Made by a program: the position numbers and the translations under genes. This document shows positions 6,649-12,838 of a stretch of 12,838 nt of DNA, one piece after another. Source of the stretch: Thermotogota bacterium. Lineage in GTDB: Bacteria > Thermotogota > Thermotogae > Petrotogales > Kosmotogaceae. The first letter of the stretch is position 1. Each line of letters opens with the position of its first letter. The stretch covers positions 1 through 12,838 of the forward strand of contig JAYEJL010000083.1 in the NCBI GenBank assembly GCA_034660555.1, written 5' to 3'. The notes beneath the pieces were generated by a model. That model searched no databases and was not told the origin of the DNA. It saw only the letters and a program-made list of their open reading frames with translations.

Positions 6649-7392
6649 GTTATTTAGGTTTTCCATATTAAACTCATGTATCTTCGCATTTTTTCCCTGT
6701 CTGTACTTCTCATCGTTACCGCTTATTACTGCATTAATATAATCCAGGTGATCCTCTACACTCTTTCTGTCAATATCTCTGTTATGCGATGAAAGTAAAA
6801 CGTCAAAGTACATTTTCAGATAGCCTTCCAGGGTTTCTTTAAACCTTTCCAGATTATTCCACTGAAGCATTGGTAGCGGTATTTCTGTGTTGTCACCAAC
6901 AAACAGCACTTTGTCTTTTTCATCGTATATACTCAATGAATCAACTGTATGACCTGGTGAGTAAAATAACTTAAGTTCTTCCCCGGGGAAACTCAAAGTC
7001 TCCTTAAAAAGTATATCTGGAAGAATAATTTCAACTTCTCCATCAGCAAATTCTGGCTTTTCCTTTAAGCGCTTCCTTTCATTTATATCAAGCAGTTCAT
7101 AGCACTTTTCATGTGCTACAACTATTCTGTTGTCAAAGAGGCATATACCCCAAGTATGATCATAATGAGAATGGGTGTATATAATGAATAGCGGCCTGTC
7201 GGGCAATTCTTTTTTAATAAAATCCCTTACTTCAGCGATGGTTTCAGGTCCGGTGAGCGTATCAATTAGAAAATTGAATTTTTCTCCACGAATTACATAA
7301 ACGCTTACAATAAAATCATCATTCTCGAGAGTGAATAAAGTACCCCTGCTTCCGATCTCTTCTTTTTTTAGCATTTGCGAGTTGTTATTCAT
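6637..7392 (-). CDS. MBL-fold metallo-hydrolase
   Basis: LIDT, THSHYDHTWG (HxHxDH), SPGHT, LFVGD and SSH motifs. Confidence 0.92.
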   Translation of the reverse strand: MNNNSQMLKKEEIGSRGTLFTLENDDFIVSVYVIRGEKFNFLIDTLTGPETIAEVRDFIKKELPDRPLFIIYTHSHYDHTWGICLFDNRIVVAHEKCYELLDINERKRLKEKPEFADGEVEIILPDILFKETLSFPGEELKLFYSPGHTVDSLSIYDEKDKVLFVGDNTEIPLPMLQWNNLERFKETLEGYLKMYFDVLLSSHNRDIDRKSVEDHLDYINAVISGNDEKYRQGKNAKIHEFNMENLNNVQR

Positions 7393-7427
7393 AAAAGCCT
7401 CTTTTTGTCTTGTTTTTTTATATAACT

Positions 7428-7931
7428 TTATACAATCTTATCTTCATAACGTGCAAGCAAATAAAGAAGATCAGAGAGTTTGTTTATATATTTGAGTAAA
7501 TTTTCTGAAATATCTTCATCTCGACTCAAAGATACTATGCGTCTTTCCGCTCTCCTTGCAATTGTTCTGCAAATGTCTATAGAAGCTGAGTGTGCTGTCA
7601 ACCCTGGAACAACGAAGCCCTTCAAATCAATTTTTGTCTCATAATAGCTAATTTGATTTTTCATACTCTCTATATCTTCCTTGTTAATTAATTTGCCCTT
7701 TTTGTTATTTTTGGATGCCAATTCTGATGAAACTTTAAACAAATCCTTTTGAATATTATGAATAGCATTCTTGACAACAGCAGAAGCGCATTCATGTTTT
7801 GCTTTTCCCAGAAAAGAATTAAGTTCATCAACGGTTCCATAGGATTCAACCCTTAAATCATCTTTGAAAACCTCTTCGCCTGACCATAAGCTTGTTTTCC
7901 CTTTGTCTCCTCTACCTGTAGATATACTCAT
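7428..7931 (-). CDS. pduO: PduO-type ATP:cob(I)alamin adenosyltransferase
   Basis: STGRGDKGKTSL, KDDLRVESYGTVDELNS, CRTIARRAERR, YINKLSDLLY. Start placed at ATG 7931 because GAGGTGA lies just upstream (ORF track extends to 7961). Confidence 0.9.
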   Translation of the reverse strand: MSISTGRGDKGKTSLWSGEEVFKDDLRVESYGTVDELNSFLGKAKHECASAVVKNAIHNIQKDLFKVSSELASKNNKKGKLINKEDIESMKNQISYYETKIDLKGFVVPGLTAHSASIDICRTIARRAERRIVSLSRDEDISENLLKYINKLSDLLYLLARYEDKIV

Positions 7932-7993
7932 TAATATCACCTCACAAATATAATCTGTCATGGTATGAACTCACACTTTAAAAAACTGTAGAA

Positions 7994-8527
7994 TCACATT
8001 TCTATACCTTTTCTGGCGATGATTCCTTTCTTGTAGTAATGTTTTATTTCTCGCATTTCCGTTACCAAATCAGCTTCATTGATAAGCCTATCCGAAGCGC
8101 TTCTGCCGGTAAGTATCAGTTCCATTCCATCAGGTTTCCTTTTCATAATTTCTATAACCGTATCTTCACTAATAAGATGAAAAAGTACCGATGTGATTAT
8201 TTCATCCGCTACAAGAATATCGCATTCTTTCTGGTCCATTAATTCCTTTACCCTTGTTATGGCTCTTTTTGCTTGATCAACAAACTTTGAATCAGGCGGA
8301 TCAGTTATCCTACAAAACTCTTTGTCTCCATATTGTTCGATGTGAATGCGACCTCTGAGCTTCTTAACTGAATCAAGTTCACTGTAATGCTGGCCTTTCA
8401 TGAACTGAACAATATTTGTTTTTAATTCTACCCCGGCAGCTCTCAACGCAAGACCCAAAGCAGCTGTCGTTTTCCCTTTTCCATTTCCGGTATAGATATG
8501 AGTATAACCCCTACCAATTTCCGACAT
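7994..8527 (-). CDS. cobO: CobA/BtuR/CobO-type cob(I)yrinic acid a,c-diamide adenosyltransferase
   Basis: YTGNGKGKTTAALGLALRAAG P-loop, VQFMKG, ADEI, ELILTGR, ADLVTEMREIKH, ARKGIE. RBS AAGGAG. Confidence 0.93.
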   Translation of the reverse strand: MSEIGRGYTHIYTGNGKGKTTAALGLALRAAGVELKTNIVQFMKGQHYSELDSVKKLRGRIHIEQYGDKEFCRITDPPDSKFVDQAKRAITRVKELMDQKECDILVADEIITSVLFHLISEDTVIEIMKRKPDGMELILTGRSASDRLINEADLVTEMREIKHYYKKGIIARKGIEM

Positions 8528-8609
8528 GTCAATATTCTCCTTTTATCCATTTCACTTCCTATTTAACATTATAGAACCTGGATGGTCTATCTGCATTAAA
8601 CATTTTTCT

Positions 8610-8635
8610 TGCTATAATGATGACATAAAAGGAGG
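8610..8635 (+). promoter_or_regulatory. Extended -10 promoter and RBS of the zinc ribbon gene
   Basis: TG-C-TATAAT (8610-8618); AAGGAGG (8629-8635) 6 nt before ATG 8642. Confidence 0.6.
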
Positions 8636-8641
8636 AATATC

Positions 8642-8845
8642 ATGCCAATATATCGTTATAAATGTAATGAATGTGGCTGGAAAAACGATTTGCTTCTTAA
8701 AATAAATCAGGATCCGGGAGTATGTCCTGAATGTGGTGGAAAATTGGAAAAACTTATTACAATTTTCTCAGTTGCTTCTAAAGAAGGACCTTCTTCTCCC
8801 TGTTCAGGTTGTAATAGTAGTGATTGTTCTGGTTGCGAAGGTTAA
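8642..8845 (+). CDS. FmdB family zinc ribbon protein
   Basis: MPIYRYKCNECG...CPECGG.LEKLI..F plus Cys-rich tail CSGCNSSDCSGC. Confidence 0.92.
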   Translation: MPIYRYKCNECGWKNDLLLKINQDPGVCPECGGKLEKLITIFSVASKEGPSSPCSGCNSSDCSGCEG

Positions 8846-9987
8846 ATGAATTACAGAACACTGGGCAAATCAAATATAAAAGCAGGAATTATCGGGCTTG
8901 GTACTGAACATCTTGAGAAAGCCGACAGAAATACAATTGCTTCCATAGTTGACCTTGCAATCGAAAACGAGATAAATTATATCGATCTACTCTTAGCCGA
9001 TCCTGATTTCAGGGATAACTTTGGTTATGCTTTTAAAGGCAAAAAAGATAAAGTGCTTATCGCAGGCCATCTTAGTGCTTTATATGTTGATGGACAATAT
9101 GTTCGTTCCAAGGATGTTAAGAAATCTGAAGAGTTTTTCTATGACATGCTGAAAAGATTTGGAACGGATTATGTTGATGCTCTTATGATTCACTTTGTTG
9201 ATGAAGAGGATGACTTCGAAAGAACCTTTGGAGATAACGGATTATATGAACTCGCTCTTAGACTAAAAAAAAAGAAGGAAGAACCAGACTCATTGGGATG
9301 AGTAGCCACAAAGTTCCTGTTTCAAAAAATGCTGTAGAAAATGATTTGATAGACGTGCTCATGTTCCCCATAAACCCTGCTTTTGATTTAACAGCTGGTG
9401 ATGAAGGACTTGACACTTTGTGGAAAGATGAACCATACGCAAAAGACGGTAAATTAACCCCTGAATCTTCAAGAAGGCTTTTACAGAAGTTGTGTGCTAG
9501 AAAACAGGTTTCGCTTGTTGCGATGAAGGTTTACGCTGCCGGCTGGTTATTCTGGAAAGAAAATCCAAGTTCCATTGTTCTCAATCCCACTCAATGTTTA
9601 CATTATGCCCTGTCACAACCTGGAGTCACCACCACGGTACCTGGATGCTAAACCACAAATGAGCTAAAAGCAGCCATCAAATATCTTATTGCAACAGATG
9701 AGGAAAAGGATTTTTCAAAGATCAACACAAATCCCGCATGGAATATAAAGGGTAGTTGTATGTACTGTAACCATTGTTTACCCTGTCCGGTAAACATAGA
9801 TATCGTAAGAGTAAACAGAATTCTTGACCTTGCCTATGAAGATATTTCACCTTATGCGATAAAAGAATATAAAGAGCTTGAAGTAAAACCAGATAAATGT
9901 ATTGAATGCAAAGTGTGTGAACAAAGATGTACATTTGATGTACCCGTTGTGCAAAAAATGAAGGAAGCATCAAAGCTTTTCAGTTAA
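8846..9987 (+). pseudogene. Aldo/keto reductase with C-terminal 4Fe-4S dicluster domain, disrupted by a frameshift and an in-frame stop
   Basis: MNYRTLGKS..IGLG, NYID, GTDYVDALMIH. Frameshift in the A9 run (9265-9273); the shifted frame reads EGRTRLIGMSSH. In-frame TAA at 9649-9651, then the same frame continues TTNELKAAIKY...CMYCNHCLPCP...CIECKVCEQRC. Confidence 0.88.
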
Positions 9988-10003
9988 TGATCTTTAAAAT
10001 ATA

Positions 10004-10810
10004 TCAATAGGAGTTTTCAATATCTTCACTGAGATTTTTCGCCTTTGTATAGGTATCAAATAGTGCTTTCATAATGGTTCCTCTAAAAGCGTCTCTCTCC
10101 AATGAATAAATGCCTTCTATCGTTGTTCCCGCGGGAGAAGTTACAAGGTGTCTGAACTCTCCGGGATGACTTCCTTTTGCTTTCAGAAGCTCTCCCGAAC
10201 CGATTAATGTATCTATGATGAGTTCTCTTGCTTTATCATAGGACAAACCCATTTTCAAACCAATGTCTATAAGTGACTCAACTATTACAAAAACAAATGC
10301 AGGACCGCTTCCACTCAAAGCGGTAACAGCAGAAAAATGTTTTTCCTCAATTTCCACTACTTCACCAAGTTTTTTGAGCAGCGTGATGATTTTCTTTTGC
10401 TTTTCTTCATCCAGAGCATTATCCATATGTAATCCGGTTACACCTTTGCCAATGGCAGCTGGAACATTGGGCATAATTCTTGACACATAACTGACCCTGG
10501 CAATCTCTTTAATCTTTTCAGTGGTGACTCCTGTTATTGTGCTTACCAGAATTTTTTCACCAACATCGACCTTGCGAAGTTCTTTAAGCAGTTCTCTTGC
10601 ATCCTGTGGCTTGACAGCTATCACTATTAATTCCGCATTGTCAACAACGTTACCAATACCACTGGCAATTTCAACATCATTTTTCTCTTTGAAAACACTC
10701 ATCCTTTGTGGATTTCTATCATAAATGACAATATGGTTTTCATCTGTATCTGTTAATCTCTCTACAAAAATGCTTCCAATATTACCTACCCCAATGATCC
10801 CAATATTCAT
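10004..10810 (-). CDS. proC: Pyrroline-5-carboxylate reductase
   Basis: IGIIGVGNIG, AVKPQ, RIMPN, TALSGSGPAF, VTSPAGTTIEG. RBS GAGGTGAGG. Confidence 0.97.
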   Translation of the reverse strand: MNIGIIGVGNIGSIFVERLTDTDENHIVIYDRNPQRMSVFKEKNDVEIASGIGNVVDNAELIVIAVKPQDARELLKELRKVDVGEKILVSTITGVTTEKIKEIARVSYVSRIMPNVPAAIGKGVTGLHMDNALDEEKQKKIITLLKKLGEVVEIEEKHFSAVTALSGSGPAFVFVIVESLIDIGLKMGLSYDKARELIIDTLIGSGELLKAKGSHPGEFRHLVTSPAGTTIEGIYSLERDAFRGTIMKALFDTYTKAKNLSEDIENSY

Positions 10811-10837
10811 AACCTCACCTCTAAAAGAATAAAAATA

Positions 10838-12046
10838 TTACTCGCTGTTTATTGAAATTAGACGATCATGCTTGAATTTCCATGAAGCATTACCGTACAA
10901 CTCTTCCATGGTAAGCTCCCGCTTCACAAGTTTTTTCCCATATATTACATAAGTCTTATAGTGCCTTCCACCAATCTTTTTAGCATTGGTCAACATAACA
11001 AAATTTTTCCAGCTTATAGAAGACCCCTCTACAGTTTTAAAACCCTTCTTCTTAAGAGCCTCCAGAACCTTAACAAACATTGCTATAGGAACACCTTTAT
11101 TTCTGAATTTTGGAATAACAAAAAGGATTGCTCCTCTTGCCCTCTTTATTTTCCCCCGATCCATAAGAAATCTTACCCATCCTAAGGGAAATAGATTCCC
11201 TTTTATTTTTCGAATGATATCGCTAAAATCAGGAAATGCTACAAAATATCCTATTGGCTCATCGTTTGAATACGCTATAGCCACAAGCGAAGGATCTGCA
11301 ACCAATTTTAAAGTCTTGGCCATACTCAATATTTCATCATATGTTGGCGGAATAATATCCTCTTCCCAATCAGGCATCGCTTCTTTTGTTACCTCATAAA
11401 ACTTTCTGGAAAGTTTTTTTAAGTTAGAAAAATCTGCATTTTTCACAGTAAAGTCATATCGTTTCATAGCAATGGAAGCCAGCCTTCTTTGCTTATCACT
11501 TAGACTTTTTTCAGGATCGTATTCAAAAGCATAGTATTTCAGATACCCGTCGTACTCATCAAAAAAATCAACATAGTATGGGTGATTGTATGGCATCAAA
11601 ATGGTGGGTGGATTCTCAAAATTATTGACAAGAAGTCCTCTGTAATCGTCACCATTTGTAGGTGACACAGGCCCCTTTAGATATATCATTTTGTGTTTGT
11701 AAGCCCATTTTTCTGCTGTTTCCATCAAAAGATTTGCTGTATTCTGATTTTCTTCAGATTCAAATAGCGTGAAGTAAGCGTGATTGACCTCTTTATATTC
11801 ATTAAGCTTTTTGTCGACTCCTACAGCAATTCTTCCAACAACTTCCCTACCTCTTTTTGCAAGAAAGAATTTATGCGGACCGTTATTAAATAACTGACTA
11901 TTTTTATCATTAACTATTTTCTTTATATCGCTTTTTAATGGAGGTACCCAGTTTCGATCATTTTTGTAAAGTCTATAAGGGAATTTTATAAAGTCTTTTT
12001 TATCCTTCTTTGTTTTTACTTCAATAATTCCTAATGAATTACTCAT
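10838..12046 (-). CDS. YghO-like GNAT-fold N-acetyltransferase family protein
   Basis: DFIKFPYRLY..D.NWVPPL, VVGRIA, LFES, GPVSP, GLLV, MPYNHPYY, AFPD and acetyl-CoA motif VIPKFRNKGV. Confidence 0.8.
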   Translation of the reverse strand: MSNSLGIIEVKTKKDKKDFIKFPYRLYKNDRNWVPPLKSDIKKIVNDKNSQLFNNGPHKFFLAKRGREVVGRIAVGVDKKLNEYKEVNHAYFTLFESEENQNTANLLMETAEKWAYKHKMIYLKGPVSPTNGDDYRGLLVNNFENPPTILMPYNHPYYVDFFDEYDGYLKYYAFEYDPEKSLSDKQRRLASIAMKRYDFTVKNADFSNLKKLSRKFYEVTKEAMPDWEEDIIPPTYDEILSMAKTLKLVADPSLVAIAYSNDEPIGYFVAFPDFSDIIRKIKGNLFPLGWVRFLMDRGKIKRARGAILFVIPKFRNKGVPIAMFVKVLEALKKKGFKTVEGSSISWKNFVMLTNAKKIGGRHYKTYVIYGKKLVKRELTMEELYGNASWKFKHDRLISINSE

Positions 12047-12524
12047 ATATCAGTAACGCATAATTTATGCGCCTTCACCTCCTCATTTACCTTCAACATA
12101 TCAATCACATAATTCATTAAAAAAGTTGTTTTTCCGATTTTACCATAAACATATAAGTTCGAATCATTTTACCAAACAGAAACTACTTTTGTGTTTTTCG
12201 CTTGTGAACCTTAGTAGTTGGAAATATTACGAGAAACCATTTATCTGTTATTAAAAAAACAAACTGAAAATCATCCGTATGAAGAGATCTGATAGATTTT
12301 TTCAGAATTTCTGAATTTTCATACACAATTTGAGCTTTCATTATTAAATTTTACTCATGAAAATATAATTTTATAAATATTCTTCAATTTTTTTATTTGT
12401 TCTATAATTCTTATTTTCCTTTCATAATTGTTTATATTTGGTGTTTACAGACACTTTTTCTTGTTTTGTTATCATTCTTTTCTTGAATTTTATCAATTAT
12501 TTTATAATTGTCTTCACTTTTTAC

Positions 12525-12553
12525 TTGACTTTATTGAATTAAAAGTGTATATT
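12525..12553 (+). promoter_or_regulatory. sigma70-type promoter for the small ORFs
   Basis: TTGACT (12525-12530), 17-bp spacer, TATATT (12548-12553). Inverted arms CACTTTT (12515-12521) / AAAAGTG (12541-12547) bracket the -35. Confidence 0.65.
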
Positions 12554-12591
12554 ATAAATAGAAATCAACGAAATGTTTAGGAGGGGTTGAA

Positions 12592-12699
12592 ATGTTCAAA
12601 AGAAAATTTAGAAATTACAGCAACATCGAAAGAATTATTGAGTCTCAGAAAGAAAAAGTTTATTCAGATCTCCTCATCAATGTAAGACCTTCAGTGTAA
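12592..12699 (+). CDS. 35-aa small protein (not in ORF track)
   Basis: AGGAGG (12579-12584) 7 nt before ATG. MFKRKFRNYSNIERIIESQKEKVYSDLLINVRPSV. Promoter directly upstream. Confidence 0.7.
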   Translation: MFKRKFRNYSNIERIIESQKEKVYSDLLINVRPSV

Positions 12700-12728
12700 C
12701 GAGCCTTTTAAAAAGGGGGGGTTGCAAT

Positions 12729-12827
12729 ATAAAAGAAAGAGAAAAGAAGATCCATTTCAAGGAAGTAGATAATATTTTGGAAACAACAAGAATTGATACG
12801 CTTAAAAGAATTCACATTTACAGGTAA
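12729..12827 (+). other. 32-codon paralog-like ORF with non-canonical ATA start (possible microprotein or decayed copy)
   Basis: (I/M)KEREKKIHFKEVDNILETTRIDTLKRIHIYR. Preceded by AGGGGGGGTTGCAAT, similar to AGGAGGGGTTGAAAT before the first peptide. Confidence 0.4.
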
Positions 12828-12838
12828 AAGGTAAAACT

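Noticed and set aside
8528..8641. Cobalamin riboswitch upstream of the adenosyltransferases
   Set aside because: The intergenic region is only 114 bp, AT-rich, holds divergent promoter/RBS signals and shows no B12-box motif.
9649..9651. Stop-codon recoding (Sec/Pyl) in the aldo/keto reductase
   Set aside because: The codon is TAA, not TGA or TAG, and a separate frameshift is also present.
1..10810. Proline theme (tRNA-Pro, Xaa-Pro peptidase fold, prolyl isomerase, proC)
   Set aside because: Different transcription units and compartments with no shared regulatory motif seen; probably coincidence.
141..11399. Shadow ORFs on alternative frames or strands (e.g. 141..404, 991..1179, 2414..2602, 3834..4016, 4268..4492, 4281..4709, 4616..4801, 8039..8242, 9722..9973, 10263..10490, 10521..10724, 10961..11185, 10986..11399)
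   Set aside because: They overlap well-supported genes and have no recognisable motifs.
12296..12320. TTCAGAA-T-TTCTGAA palindrome resembling a CodY box
   Set aside because: At least 4 mismatches to AATTTTCWGAAAATT in a very AT-rich region where such matches arise by chance; no cognate regulator is evident.

Overview
AT-rich bacterial chromosomal window; gene content suggests an anaerobic Thermotogota member (inference). Left part: tRNA-Pro(TGG) cut by the window edge, a degenerate M24 peptidase-like gene, a secreted parvulin/PrsA-type PPIase, a radical SAM + TetR operon with a palindromic operator candidate, and a 55-aa membrane microprotein. Centre: a ~700-bp non-coding mosaic of repeats (5954-6648). 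Right part: a CobA-type + PduO-type adenosyltransferase + MBL hydrolase cluster, an FmdB zinc ribbon followed by a doubly disrupted aldo/keto reductase, proC, a YghO-like GNAT protein, and a promoter-driven pair of related ~32-35-aa ORFs missed by the ORF track. The most unusual signal is a tandem array at 6438-6561: a near-constant 8-nt linker (GCATATCC) alternates with hairpins whose stem sequences differ but all pair. It sits among REP-like double hairpins, a second linker-hairpin chain and a 58-bp direct repeat.
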